63,901 nucleotides of DNA, filler included, from Aduncisulcus paluster (GCA_024181965.1; 6 parts of 6 records of this genome joined end to end with filler, not necessarily neighbours in it); one strand, 5' to 3'; positions 48,069-61,114 are shown, numbered from the whole stretch's first letter. Translations and numbers: made by a program. Notes: generated from the letters alone by a model not told the origin.

Positions 48069-48168
48069 NNNNNNNNNNNNNNNNNNNNNNNNNNNNNNNN
48101 NNNNNNNNNNNNTTAATTAATTAANNNNNNNNNNNNNNNNNNNNNNNNNNNNNNNNNNNNNNNNNNNN
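48069..48168. other. Artificial scaffold linker
   Basis: 44 N + TTAATTAATTAA + 44 N. Confidence 0.98.
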
Positions 48169-48536
48169 CCATGAAAAAGAACAAAATGAAAAAAGACCGA
48201 ATATTCCACACATTTCTTGCCAAATATATGGTAACTAACCCAAAAATTTTCACAGTCAAAAGACGAGATACCAATGCTGAATATAGGTGAAGAGAATGAC
48301 AAGTTTGAAATGATTTTTCCAAATCTCCATAATCATTTGCAATATTCAAAATAAAACTCAAATATTTTTAAAAAAATCTTGAATCATTAAAGAAATAGGG
48401 CATATCTAAACCATAATGATTCTATATATTGACAAATGAGGAGAATTAGCAAAAGAGCTTCCGAAGCTGAGTCAGACAATAATCAATTAATTTTTATTTA
48501 ATCCTTTAACATTCAAATTACAAGTTTTGGAATAGA

Positions 48537-51500
48537 TTACATCGTAGAATCTTGTTTTTTCTCATCCTTCTGAGTCGATTCAGAAGTTTCTAGTTTCTCA
48601 TCCATAAGCTTTTCAGGCTTTTTCTCCACCTTTTCTTCTCCCTTTTTTGGCTTTACGACCAATCCATTTTTATCAATTCTCATCAAAACATCCTTATCGC
48701 CCACAATATCTATTCCATCATTACTCCAAGAACACATGTGCATGATTTGTTCAGAAATCCATATAATTTCCCCAATAGACAAGTCAACGCTACTAAAATC
48801 AAGAGAATCCACGTCAATATCTGATCCTTCCTCGAGAATCTCCATTCTCTTCTTCTCCATACCTTGGATAATCATTGGGAAGAGAGAAAGGAAAAGAAGA
48901 GTGTGAACCGCATGCATTGTGGAACGTTTGACACTAGGATCCCTCTCATACACAGAACGAAGCCTGTTAAGTCTCTTCTCAGACAGTTTCTTCATTGATT
49001 GTACATTAAGTTGAGGAACAACCGATCTAAGACGATCAAAAACATCCTCATCATGCAAAAGCAACAGAGATATCTTCACTTCATCAACAATTGAGCTCGG
49101 CAATATGGGTTTCATCATTCCTTCCAAGGAGCCTTGGTCATCATCTGAAGCAGAAATGGAAGACTTCGGCAAGGATGAAACAACCACTTTTCCAGAAGCT
49201 CCTGCTCGGCCCCAAGTACGCCGGTTCTTCAGAGCAGTCAAGGAAGTGGCAGAACTGATCTTTTTCCCACTCTCAGATACATTCCACATTACAATATCTT
49301 GCCTCATTCTCATCAAAGTTTCCAATTCTTTCACAGCTCCTTCACGCTCGGCAGCATCTTGAACAGCACCAAACATGACTGCACGACCACAAACAAGGGC
49401 ACATAACAAGCGAATGCACCCATAAACACGTTGATACATGGCCAGTGCAGCCTGAGTTGCCCTACGTTCAGCAGTGCAATGCGATGGGAGAACAGGAAGA
49501 CGAGTGGAAAGCTTATGTATATGCATATTGAGTTTGTACACAGCAGAGTTAAGAACAGGACTCAGGGAGAAAAGACCAAACCTCTTCCCAGAGGGAGTGG
49601 CTGGTCTTTTCTCATCAGTAGAGCCTTCTTCAGCAGCCACAGATTTTCCCTCACCAGCCTTTCCAATCCTTTTAGATGCAATGTCACGTGCATGGTGTGT
49701 TTTAGCAAGAGATATGAACTCCTCTGCAGGGATGGACCAATCAATAAGATCCTTTTCAAGAACATCATACGTTTCTCCGACAAGAGTCACACTCACATGT
49801 GGGTTTGAAGGAAGTGAGGCAATTGAAGCATAAGAAGTGAGTGCACGGGATGACATTGATTTCCCAACATGTGAATGAGGGTCGGATAACTGACTCTTGG
49901 GAAGGAGACCTCTTGGAGACAATACACAACCGTCACTTTGAGAGCGAGCAAGGAGAGTATGACCCTTCTCACTACTTTGACCTCCAGAACGAGCAGAAGA
50001 AGAGCCAGAAGAACGAATTCTTCCCTTAATAGGACCTCTTGTCATCCCGTGTTTCTCCATTTTCTCAATATAGAACATATCCTTCACGGAATGCTCGAGC
50101 TCTGAGAAGTCTTTGAGTCTGTTAGATGTATCAACAGAAGCTTTAGCCCACACTTCCCTCTTCTTCATCTCTCTTTCGGCTTCAATATGCTTCATCGTTT
50201 CTTTCAAGTTTTTTGAGGGAACACGGCGGATAAGATTTGGACCTACAACTTCAAATGGTTTCCCGTCCACCTCAACAATCTTGATCTTAGCTTCTTTCTG
50301 GATCTTAGATTTGTCTTTAGCATTCACAGTGATTGTAAGAGAAGAGGAAGGTGCATTACTTGAGGAAGAGGAAGAAGAGAGTTGGGATTGAGACAAAGGC
50401 TTTGTGGGATCATCAGGGATCGTAGAAGGGATAATGGAAGCCTTAAGAGAAGCTGGGGATGAGGGAATAGAGGGTGAGTCAGAAGCCCTCCGTTTTGAAG
50501 CAGATTTACGCTCCTCTCTTTCCTTCCACCATCTTTGCCTTCTCCTGGCTTCCTCTTCTTGAACTTTCTCACGTCTCTTCAATACTTCCTCGCGGATCTC
50601 ATCCGGAGCTGTGTACACAGTGGGAGACATCGTGGACAGAGTCATCGCCTTCTGTTCCCATGGCAAGTGACGAGGAGGCGCAGCGAAAGATGCCGACTTC
50701 TTCTTCTTTCCTTTGGATTTCTTGAAGGAATAAGGAAGGTGAGTCTCCGAGGGATCATGAGAACCAGATCTGTCATGAAGCATCTTGCGTAACATGACTC
50801 GACTACTTCCACGGAGATGATCTAAAAGACCTGAGATCTTCCGTTTTTCAATGTCCTCACGGATCTTTTCCTCATCAGTCTTGGGCTTACCACTTTCTCT
50901 CCTGGGAATTCCATCTCCACTGTGACCAGCAATAGAAAGAGAGAGAGTCCGAGTAAAAGTAGGAGAAAGCATCAAAGCAGGGATAGCTCCAGTGGATTCA
51001 CCTTCCTGAGTCTCCTTATGGGAAGGTTGCTTGAGTCCCTTCTTGTATTGGACTCTCCTTAACCACATCACTTCACCAACAGTGCGTCCCTTCCACTCAT
51101 CGCCAAGGTGGTGCTTCTGAGCATCAGCAGTGACAGATGTAGATGATAATTGTCCCTTCAAGGAGAGATTATCATGAGCTGGAATATGAGGTTCACCAAC
51201 AAGACCAGGAACTGGCATTTCTCCTTGGACAAGACCACTGTTCATTCCCAACCACACTGAGCATACCCACACACACATTTCCCACACGCAGATCGAAGAC
51301 AGCGAGAAGGATGGGAATGGCAATGAGAGGGAGAGAGAGAGGAAAGAGGAGAGGATAGAGGGAGAAGAAGTGGACATGGCAGGATAAGAATGAGCTGGAG
51401 AGCCCAACAATGATGATGTTTGACCACCCTTTGAAACAACGTCATTGTGATGTTGTTCGAGCACGGTGAGTGCAGACAAATGGCCCATTCTAGCGAGTGG

Positions 51501-51908
51501 GTTCAATGTACGGGTGGAATGAGGCTGATATCCAGACCCAGCGAGAGAAGCCAGTGAACTGGAACCATGGTGATCCTCAGAGTCTCCAACCCACATAACA
51601 TCATGGTACTGTGTGTACTGGAAGAGGGAAGAACGACGCTCACTCAGGGAACAAGAACCAAATGGGAAGGCTCCGGGGAGTGCAAAACCATGTCCTTGGC
51701 CCATGCTTGGCAAAAGAGGGCGTTCAGCATCTTCAGCACTCTTTGAGGAAGGAGATGGGGAGATAGAACGTGGTTTGTCTTCCATATCCAAAGTAGATCT
51801 TGTAATACCATTCTTTCCTAATCCAGACCTTGGTTGATCAGGGTCCAATGGCTGTTCTTCTTCACTTTCTTCTGAGGCTTCATATAGAGCTTTTGAGAGA
51901 TAATGATC
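48537..51908 (-). CDS. Large hypothetical protein, 5' partial
   Basis: Frame is open from the gap (>1,100 codons). Ser-rich with charged coiled-coil-like segments; no recognisable domain. Confidence 0.8.
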   Translation of the reverse strand, partial: DHYLSKALYEASEESEEEQPLDPDQPRSGLGKNGITRSTLDMEDKPRSISPSPSSKSAEDAERPLLPSMGQGHGFALPGAFPFGSCSLSERRSSLFQYTQYHDVMWVGDSEDHHGSSSLASLAGSGYQPHSTRTLNPLARMGHLSALTVLEQHHNDVVSKGGQTSSLLGSPAHSYPAMSTSSPSILSSFLSLSLSLPFPSFSLSSICVWEMCVWVCSVWLGMNSGLVQGEMPVPGLVGEPHIPAHDNLSLKGQLSSTSVTADAQKHHLGDEWKGRTVGEVMWLRRVQYKKGLKQPSHKETQEGESTGAIPALMLSPTFTRTLSLSIAGHSGDGIPRRESGKPKTDEEKIREDIEKRKISGLLDHLRGSSRVMLRKMLHDRSGSHDPSETHLPYSFKKSKGKKKKSASFAAPPRHLPWEQKAMTLSTMSPTVYTAPDEIREEVLKRREKVQEEEARRRQRWWKEREERKSASKRRASDSPSIPSSPASLKASIIPSTIPDDPTKPLSQSQLSSSSSSSNAPSSSLTITVNAKDKSKIQKEAKIKIVEVDGKPFEVVGPNLIRRVPSKNLKETMKHIEAEREMKKREVWAKASVDTSNRLKDFSELEHSVKDMFYIEKMEKHGMTRGPIKGRIRSSGSSSARSGGQSSEKGHTLLARSQSDGCVLSPRGLLPKSQLSDPHSHVGKSMSSRALTSYASIASLPSNPHVSVTLVGETYDVLEKDLIDWSIPAEEFISLAKTHHARDIASKRIGKAGEGKSVAAEEGSTDEKRPATPSGKRFGLFSLSPVLNSAVYKLNMHIHKLSTRLPVLPSHCTAERRATQAALAMYQRVYGCIRLLCALVCGRAVMFGAVQDAAEREGAVKELETLMRMRQDIVMWNVSESGKKISSATSLTALKNRRTWGRAGASGKVVVSSLPKSSISASDDDQGSLEGMMKPILPSSIVDEVKISLLLLHDEDVFDRLRSVVPQLNVQSMKKLSEKRLNRLRSVYERDPSVKRSTMHAVHTLLFLSLFPMIIQGMEKKRMEILEEGSDIDVDSLDFSSVDLSIGEIIWISEQIMHMCSWSNDGIDIVGDKDVLMRIDKNGLVVKPKKGEEKVEKKPEKLMDEKLETSESTQKDEKKQDSTM

Positions 51909-52008
51909 NNNNNNNNNNNNNNNNNNNNNNNNNNNNNNNNNNNNNNNNNNNNTTAATTAATTAANNNNNNNNNNNNNNNNNNNNNNNNNNNNNNNNNNNN
52001 NNNNNNNN
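51909..52008. other. Artificial scaffold linker
   Basis: 44 N + TTAATTAATTAA + 44 N. Confidence 0.98.
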
Positions 52009-52009
52009 A

Positions 52010-55000
52010 GAGGCCGTTGATAATGAAAAAGATAAGCCAGTATTGAAACCCATGTGTTCTTCCTTCCTTTCTGTTCTATGTGAATGTGTTGCTGTTGCTT
52101 GCTCTCCTTCTGTGGGTGAGATCAGTGTCGTTCGATGTGTATGTTTATGTATGTGGGTTTGTATGAAACGTACTGAACATTTACAGGTCATTTCTCCTTC
52201 CATTGGGATAGATCAAGATGATCATTCACAGGGAGTTTTTGGAGAAGAAGAAGAAAGAGGAGAACATAATGTGAGGTTAGTTTCACATGTGTGTGATGCC
52301 ATTTTGGCTTCTGTCCCGTCATTTTTCTCTGTATTTCTCCCTAATTCTCTATTTATCCATTCTTCAAGTATTCAATCAACCATTACACCATATTATTTGC
52401 TTTTACACTCTCTTCTCCACTCTGACATTGCCGTGTCAACTCTGAGCGAGGCTGCGTTACCTTCATTATCTTCAATTGTGACCTTTTGTGAGGAGAAAAT
52501 GCTCGAAATGTACATGTCTCCTGGGATGTTTAATGAAAAAATACATTCTCAATTGATTCACCGAATGAAAACATCTTCTTCTTCTTCTTCTTCAAATTCA
52601 CCTGCATCGATGTCAAAGTCACCTTCAACAGTCGGAATGATGTCAAGATATGGATCAACGATGTCTTTCTCAAGTTCTAAATTAGGAGGAGGGGGAGCAT
52701 CTCTTGCTTCTTCGAGTAGCGGTGCCAATCTATTTTTAGGAGGGTTACACAGTGGAGTGTTGGATGGAGATGGGTCTATCAGTGGGAAACCTTTGCCATC
52801 AACAAGAGAACCCTCTCTTTTCCATCAATATAAAGTTGTCAAGGCATTTCTAGCCTCCGATAGTTCAGCACCTTCTTTCACATCAACTTATGTTCCATCT
52901 TTACTCTTTTCTTCACTTTCTCTGCTTTTCTGTGTTTCTTGTGAAGCAGGGTGCGAGCTTGTAGCTAAAAACTCACTATTAGTTGGTTTCATGTGTGATG
53001 TAGTGTGTAAATTTGCTAAAAAACAAGTCAACAAGTTGAGAACAAGACAAGCCAATGAGATTCTCAAAGATTCTATTTTGGGATACTCTGAGAAAGTTGG
53101 AGGAGTAGGCATGTCAGCATCTAAATATGGTGAGGATGAAGATGACTCCGATGACGATGAATTGGATGATAATTTATTATGTTTGATGGATGAAGTCACT
53201 AGAAAACGAAAGATTCAAGCCCATGAAGTTAAGAAATATCTCACAAAGAAGTTGGTTACTATTTTGGCCATGGTCCTTGCCAAGCTTTCCCATTCCCATA
53301 TTAACGTGGCCATTGGTCTTTACAGTGCCTATAAGAAAGAAATTCTATTCTTACTCTCGTTTTTACCTTCATTCGTTGGTAACAACGACCCCCATTTTAC
53401 AAGTCATGTTGGATTTGAAAAGGAGAATAACACACGGAGAAATGACGAACGGATCCTCTTTTCTTCCATTTATTATTTCACTTTCTTTACAATTTCAAGT
53501 GTAATATCACATCCGAGGGCCCGTGTGGCCATCTTCACCCCTTCTTTTGTGCGTACGCTTATCCTCCTCATCAAACGTGATGGCGATCTTGAATGGAACC
53601 AATATAATCCATCATTTATTAAATTAAATGAGAATGAGAAAGAGAAAGATAAGAAGAAGATAATTATTGGATCATCTGGTGGGTCTGGTGGATCTTCTAA
53701 AGACATGTCGATTGTTGGATCTTCTCCCAATATATCAACAAAGAGCACACTGTCATCATCAACATCCTCAACATTTCAACATGGCCGTCGTTCTTCTTCA
53801 CGTCTCTCCAGAAGCATAACTATTCCTCAAGATGGAGAAAGAGAAGATATTGAAGGGAGAAGGGAGAAGAACGAAGACGAAGAAGAAGAAGAAGAAGTTG
53901 CTGGGAATTCAAGCAATTGGTTTGTGGCATCTCTGACCCCCGATGACCGTGAAGGCCAAGTGGGAGATATGCAAGAAAGAATGATCACAACTTCCGGGTC
54001 AGGTTCCCTTCCTTGTTCTCGTGGAGTTAAGATTAGTTTGGGCACACCCACTCGTCTGTCAGATCATATGTTTTATAAGGATAAACAGAAGAAGAATATG
54101 GATAAAATATCCGATGGTGAGACAAATAATAGTTACAATATATTGGACAGAATTTTATCATGTTCCAATGAATTCTCCAGGGATAAACTGATCCCACAAC
54201 TCTCGTATTTGTTGTCTCTTCCTGTCTCAAACGTGCTCCCGTTACCTTCATTCGCTATGTCAATTTGTTCTTCCACTCTAACAGACTACTATATTCAACC
54301 TCAAAGTGATGGTCAGTATGGTCAGGAACAGTCACAATCTCAAAAACAACTTCACCAACGTGGATCTTCCTTTGGTGTGAAATCTCATGCCATGGTCGTT
54401 GATATGTGTGTTAAAACTGGAATAATTGACTCTCTTAATGAAAGGATTGACTATCTTCTTGGTAGACTTGTTGATCAAGGTTACCCTCCACAACTCATGG
54501 TTTCGCCAGTGCAACAATGCATCCAGATATTTGATATGCTATCACGATACAGCATTGGGATTACATATATAACAAGAAATATGGAAGTTTTGAAGAAATT
54601 ATTATCTTTAGGTCATTCTTTGTGTTTACATCTCCGTGATATGGGCATCCGTGATATCAAATACCAACAAAAACAATTCAAACCATCCTTACAAGAAGGA
54701 CCTGACATTGAAGAAGAAGATGGCATTGTCGAGAAGAAGAATCCAGGTCATCATGATATATTACTGACTTCCATGGCTGAAATATTCGACCCTCATCAAA
54801 CATCACAGAATCATATTATATCCGAAGAACAATCACAACAAAATCCACTCCACCCCCAACGGTCGTTTTCTTCCTTCTTTAGAATCTTTTTGGAGTTTAT
54901 TCATTTCCTTATTCCCATTTTCCCTCAGGTGTTCAGCATCCTTATTGAGGTTGGTATTTCTGTTTGTGTGTGTTTGTGCGACAGTGGAACAAGATCTCCG

Positions 55001-58000
55001 ATTGATGGAGATGTCGTGATACAATCATTATATCGTCTTACAACCGTTGCTTCCAACTCTGACCCTCGTAAGCAATCTCAAGCTAGCCACAAAGAATATG
55101 CAGGCTCTTCATCTACCTCGTCGACGAGAAGAAAGAAGAGTGGTTCATCCGTGATGTTGCAAAAGATGGCACTCCCAGTTGCTCCTCCAATCAGCATTCA
55201 TCAATCAACTGTTGATTTAATCCTTGTCTCCTTTGATGCTCACATTAAAGAATTGCACTCCAATTCAGCTTCCAAGGCATTCGAAACTGATCATAAAGCT
55301 ACAAACCAAGAACAACAACAAGAACATTATGGAGATTCTTCTTTGTTATTGGATGGTGGATCGGTTTCTAGTCTCACTCACACTGATATTATCGAAATGG
55401 CTCTATATTTAATTGGGGAGTTTTCTATTTTTAGAACAACTCCTGCTACTACTGAGTGTTTACTTCGTCTGATGTCATGTGTTAATTCGCATATTGCCAT
55501 TTCTTTGGATTCTCCTTCCTCTTCTTCCTCCGCCGCTTCCTCTTCCCCTGTAAACTCCACCAATTCTTTGATTATTCCCTCATTTTCTGGTAAACTCACC
55601 CATATTATCGCTTATATGATATTCAATATGAGTAATCAAACAGATATCGCACTTTTCCATCATACACATTCATTTTCTCTATGTTTGTGCAATTGTTTAC
55701 TTTGTCTGACGCATGCTTGTTGCTGTGAAGATGATAATATCCTCGCCAAAACTGCTATACGGGCTGGTTTTATGCTCTTAAATGATTCTTTCCAGGCATT
55801 TACATTGAAGAATAATGTCATTATGAATAGAAAGATGAAGGGTGAAGATTCTATACAATATCTTCATTCTAGGTCCAGGTCCAGAGGTGTGGTCTCTGGG
55901 AGCAATGTTAGTGGTCAAGGAAGGACATTATCTTCATCAAGTTCAGGTATGATACCTCGCAAACAAACAACAAGGTCAAGATCAAGATCAAGGTCAAGGT
56001 CAAGGTCAAGGTCGCCAAGTTCTTCAAGAAGAGTCCCAGGTGGTGGCATTAGTACTGGTACTCTTTNNNNNNNNNNNNNNNNNNNNATCTTCATTCTAGG
56101 TCCAGGTCCAGAGGTGTGGTCTCTGGGAGCAATGTTAGTGGTCAAGGAAGGACATTATCTTCATCAAGTTCAGGTATGATACCTCGCAAACAAACAACAA
56201 GGTCAAGATCAAGATCAAGGTCAAGGTCAAGGTCAAGGTCGCCAAGTTCTTCAAGAAGAGTCCCAGGTGGTGGCATTAGTACTGGTACTCTTTCTCAAAA
56301 ATCTATTTTTACGCCAAAAGAAACAACTATTTCTCGGGCGTGCAGTTTCTTGTGCACTAAAGTATGTTATGTAATATTCTGGGGTGTATGTTTCTCAGAA
56401 TTCTATTCTTGTGACAATGACGAACAAGAACGACGTGATATCAGTAGTGTTGTCTATGCCAACTCTGATAGTGTCGTTTGTTTACTTGAATCTCTTGTCT
56501 CCACCGGTCTTGGAAGGTGTATCCTATGTGAATTCACTCCATTGTTTTCCAAATGCCATGTCATGCTTCCTTCTGGCTGTTTCAATGTTTCAACCCGGCC
56601 ACAGCAAGGAAAAGAAAGGACAGAAAGAGAAAGAACAGGAAGAAAATCCCGAGGTCGTTCCTCCTCCTCTGCAACCATGCCTTCTTCGACTAGTGCTCGT
56701 ATTTTTGCCACAACGTCTTCAAGTTCTCTGTCAAATTGTCCACCGTTTATTAATCGCCCTCATGATGATTGGTTTGTGCCTATTCTTTTCTTGTTTACTG
56801 TGAGTCCTACTCACCGTGTGTTGAGGATATTTGCTGAGTTGTGTGGCATGCATGACGAGATTGAGGAAGTTATTCAAACTGAGAGGCATCAAGGGGATCA
56901 AAATGAATATTATGGCTCATCTAAACGTTCTCAATATCTTCCAACCTCTATTTCGTCTTCCTCTACTACTTCAAGTTCTGGAATGATGAAACAATCCATT
57001 GTGAAAAAGAAGAAGAAAGGAGGAATTGGTGATACTCAGCATTCAAAATCACAACAAGAATTGTTTATTGGATGTTTACACCGTAGCTTGGCATTCGTTT
57101 CCAATAATTCCTTCGATTCTGTGATTCATGGAAATTTATCAAATATTTTTTGTACGGATCAATTCATTTCTATTCTAATTTCTTCCATTCTGATTGCATT
57201 TGGTAAGGAAAAGGAAGGTCATCGCGAGTTATGTGGAGTTACTTCAACATCTCATTCTTCTTCTTTATTCTCAAGTTCTAAAAATAGCTCTTCAAAATCA
57301 CCCGAGCATGGAGTAGGAACGATGGGGAAAAGATCAATAAGGTTTAACCAAAAAAATTCTAGTGGTGATCGTCGTTCATCTATTTCTCAAACATCTAAGT
57401 TTAGAACAGCAAGTACGAGAAGAACATCCCCACGTGGAGGTTTTTCTTCCTCATTTTATGATGATCATAATGTATTCGCTCCATTTTCTATGATTGGAGA
57501 TCTTGATTCTGCTGATTTGACACTTCTTGTCTGGCTTTGCGGTGTTCTATTACGTATTTCCATTGGGGAAGATCAGAGGAAGAAAGAAGAGGAGTCTAAA
57601 CATCAGCATAGTGTGAAGAAAATGCTTCGTCGTGAGCGTGACATTGTTGAAAGTCAGGAAGGATTATCATTCGAGCCTATTCTTCGGCCTCTACGAGCTC
57701 CTTTTCCCACAGAGCGAGAATATGAACAGTTCATGATAGAAAGGGAACTACGAGAAGAGAGAGAAGAGCACTCGACGCATGATTCTTGTCTCAGCTCTGA
57801 TGGCTCCATTTCTCAATTTAATAGAGTGCAGCATTTTGACAACATTTCCCAGTTGTCGTCTCATAGTGTAGGTCATCCTGAATTTGGGGATGATGGTCAC
57901 CCAGAACATTCAGAACAACAGTACGATTCGACTTCTTCTTCTTTATCTATGAATGCCGTTGTTTACACTTCTCCAATCAAATCTGCTTCCATTATCTCAT

Positions 58001-58929
58001 CTTATATTCAAAAATCCCGTTGCTTTCCTCTTTCTCTTGCTTTACTCCTTGTGCATCCTATCTCAGTGTTCCACACAAGTCATTCTCTTCATATTCTCTC
58101 TTCCATTCTTGAATGTAGGAATCTATTATGCCAGTCGGAAACCATTGTGTCCGCTTTGTTGCAGACAATTACTCACGTTAGAAAAATAGAGACTTGTTCA
58201 ACAGGTATCCATGCATGTCGAATGATTAAAATGGAACAAGGTAAAGGTTTGGAGATATCGTCAAGAAGTGCAAGCGATTCTATTTGTATTCTTCCGGTTC
58301 TTTCTTCTTGTTTACTCTCATTATCTTTCCCCATTTCTTCTCACCATCTATTTTTAGTACATCATATCGATAATATTATCTTAATGCTCCTCAGAACGCT
58401 ATCGACTGAGACAGATGCAGCTCGAATCATTTGGAATCTCTCATCAAATCCTATTTCTCAGAAAGTTATTCTTGATAATTCTCAATTGTTGAATTCAATC
58501 GGGGAGGTTTTGAAAAGTAGTGTTCATGTTTCGCCTTCTTCCTCCTCTTCTTCCTCCGCAGATTCATTTTCCTCTGCACCCTCAATTGTTGGCAAAGAGA
58601 AGAAAAAACAATTATATTCAACCATTGAGTCAAGACGGGTGATGTCTTCAAAAGGCAAAGGATTCAGTAGAGGTTCAGACATTTGCAGTGAAGGAGATAA
58701 GAAGGATGTCGTAATTTCTCTATTGGCTTCATTGGTGAATCTTTCTCTCCATACAGATAAGCACAAACTGGTAACATCCAGTGCGATTTTGACTGCGATA
58801 AGAGCTGTTCGGAGTCATATGGATCAAGAGGTCAGAACATTGGCTTTTCGTTGCGCTGGGTGTTTTCTGAATATCGCCAAAAGCTCGGCATCTTTTCTTA
58901 TTCCAAAACTTAGGGATTTTGCCGAATAG
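52010..58929 (+). CDS. Very large ARM-repeat-like protein with Ser-rich insertions, 5' partial, >2,200 aa after removing a 227-nt duplication
   Basis: Exact copies from 55860 and 56087 collapse in frame. ARM-like helices: DAARIIWNLSSNPISQKVI, LLASLVNLSLHTDKHKLV, IIAYMIFNMSNQ. Confidence 0.75.
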
Positions 58930-59114
58930 AAATCAATAAATTTCTTGTAATACTGCTGTCACAGCTGCTGTGTACAGTGTACACTTCCCAATAGAACTGT
59001 TAAAATAACGGTGTTATATCGAGGGAATCGCAACAATTGGACACTGTCTAATGGACAACATTCGTACCTCTCATTCAAGATCACCAGAATCTCGTGCACG
59101 AGATCACCAGTGGA

Positions 59115-59649
59115 TTATTTCCAAGGCAGTAAAGACAATCGTTCAATTCTCTCGCTTTCATCTGGCTTTGTAAATACAAGGGAGTTAATCTTGATCCATC
59201 GACTATTCTTCGATTTCCATGTTCCTTTCCCCTCAATCTCACACAATATAATATTCGGCAAATCAATAGGAAGAAAGTGCCATTCATAGTAATGTTTAGG
59301 TCTTGTAAATTCATACTTTATGGATGTCTTCTTACCATCACAATCAGTGAAAGTGAAGAGAAGATAGGGTGAACTGTGATCCTTATGAACACAGATATAA
59401 GCACCTTTCATAGGACTAGGTGATGGGAAAGGGATGGAAAGATGGGATAAAAATAAAGTACATTCTTCTTTTAACATTCTTTGTGCTTCGGAACTCTGAT
59501 CATAATAATCAGATTCCTTACTCATCGAATCGACCTTGCACTTAACCATTGAGAATAAAGGATTTAGATGCTTTGGATCATCACGTGGAATGGGAATAGA
59601 ATATCGACCATCAGATTCTTCATCTCCTTTCGTAACAAACTTTGCTTTC
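59115..59649 (-). CDS. 3' fragment of a lineage-specific multicopy-family protein with a beta-rich, possibly jelly-roll domain; 5' partial
   Basis: Frame is open from the gap: PIPRDDP...SHLSIPFPSPSPMKGAYICV...LLFTFTDCDGKKTSIKYEF...EWHFLPIDL...LCEIEGKG...INSLVF. Recalled from memory as a repeated domain in Aduncisulcus hypothetical proteins; not verified. Confidence 0.7.
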
Positions 59650-59749
59650 NNNNNNNNNNNNNNNNNNNNNNNNNNNNNNNNNNNNNNNNNNNNTTAATTA
59701 ATTAANNNNNNNNNNNNNNNNNNNNNNNNNNNNNNNNNNNNNNNNNNNN
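59650..59749. other. Artificial scaffold linker
   Basis: 44 N + TTAATTAATTAA + 44 N. Confidence 0.98.
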
Positions 59750-60418
59750 TATCGGTTTGCTTAATTTAGATTTGATTACTATTCCAAGAATAGCACTCAA
59801 ATCTACATAACCGATAGCTAAATAGAACAATTTAGATCGAATTAAAACCATTAAAATATGTTTGGATCCACTCCGATATTTATCAAGGAGGATAGAAAAT
59901 GGAGGATCACCTTTCCTCTTTTTCACATCCAATATAGTATCATCAATTATTTCGTGGGCAATTCTATAGGATGTTGCTCTTGAAAATCTTATTTTGCCTC
60001 TAATATCATGAATTTTTGTTGTAATTAGTTCTGAAAATATATTTGAAATAATGGAAGGGGAATATCCACACTCCAAACACCTCTTAACTAATAAAACATG
60101 TAATTCTCTTAATTGTTGGCTCATGATTCTTTGGGAAAAATACTTATTAAATAATTTTTCCCTATGTACTGATGATTTTAGATGCTTTGCAATTACTCGG
60201 GATCTGTGGGTCAATGATTTAGCACAACATATACAATAAACTCTAATGCCCTCCTCAATGTTAGGAATTGTTTTAAAATCATCTCTAAGATGAGTTTTGA
60301 GAGTATTTTGAAAAACCGAAAATGTTGAAATTTCCGGGTCGAATAAAATTTCTTGTATTGATTTTGTATCGAACTTTGTTTTGATAATTTTGATTATAAA
60401 CTCTTCTGATAAGGACAT
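59750..60418 (-). mobile_element. N-terminal part of a hAT-like (BED/CGGBP-type zinc finger) DNA transposase; 3' truncated
   Basis: VYCICCAKSLTHRSRVIAKHLKSSVH (CxxC...HxxxxxH), a helical segment with SRATSYR, then FSILLD...HILMVLIR typical of the first catalytic Asp strand. ATG is at 60418. Confidence 0.6.
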
Positions 60419-61114
60419 TAATACGATTTTCAAACGATTGATATAATTTAGTTGTTCAGATGATCTTTTGATATGATTTTTTGTTTGTGCTGTTGAAACT
60501 ATTGTGGACGACTTCAATTATTCTTTCTGGCTGATAAGACAATGAAATATAGAATGTTTTATTTCGGAAGTATTTAATTATTTATTTAAACTTGAATTTT
60601 GCAAGGGTGAAAAAATGTGAGACACTCTGTTTATTATTAAATAATTTTATTTATATTTTATTAATTATCTACTTTCTACTTAACGGCTCGAAAATCGTGG
60701 AAACCCAGGTTTAGCCCAAGGAAAAAAGAGTGAGGATTCTCTATACCTTAATGGGTCAGACCCACCGATATTTTTACTGCTTTTATAGTTTAATAAAACA
60801 GATAGATTTTATTGATTTCGCTATTTATTTCGTAATATCTCCATGATACGGCATCGAAAACGAGCATCAAATCTGGATCTCTTTATTTTACTACTAATTT
60901 TAACTTAAATCATGAAAAATGAAATTTGTAAGCCTTGACAAGAACCTTCGGAATAATACTATTATTTTATTAAAAAAATGGCAGTTAGTCCGATTCGGAC
61001 TAAAAAAGGACTAGAATTCGCGACCATGTAAATTTGAACTCGAGATTTATTGTATAACAGTAATCAACAATATTCTCTTACTGAAAGAGAAAATATATTA
61101 TTTATTATTAAAAA

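Noticed and set aside
55972..56013. RS dipeptide tract suggesting an SR splicing factor
   Set aside because: A short 6-nt microsatellite expansion inside an ARM-like protein with no RRM.
18734..56306. Direct repeats of about 170-340 nt beside each 20-N gap as LTRs or programmed frameshift sites
   Set aside because: Each is an unmerged contig overlap flanking a gap; all collapse to in-frame genes.
10357..59749. Repeated TTAATTAATTAA motif (5 copies) as a biological repeat, and gene neighbourhoods across it
   Set aside because: Always centred in 44+44 N; it is an artificial six-frame-stop linker, so adjacency across it means nothing.
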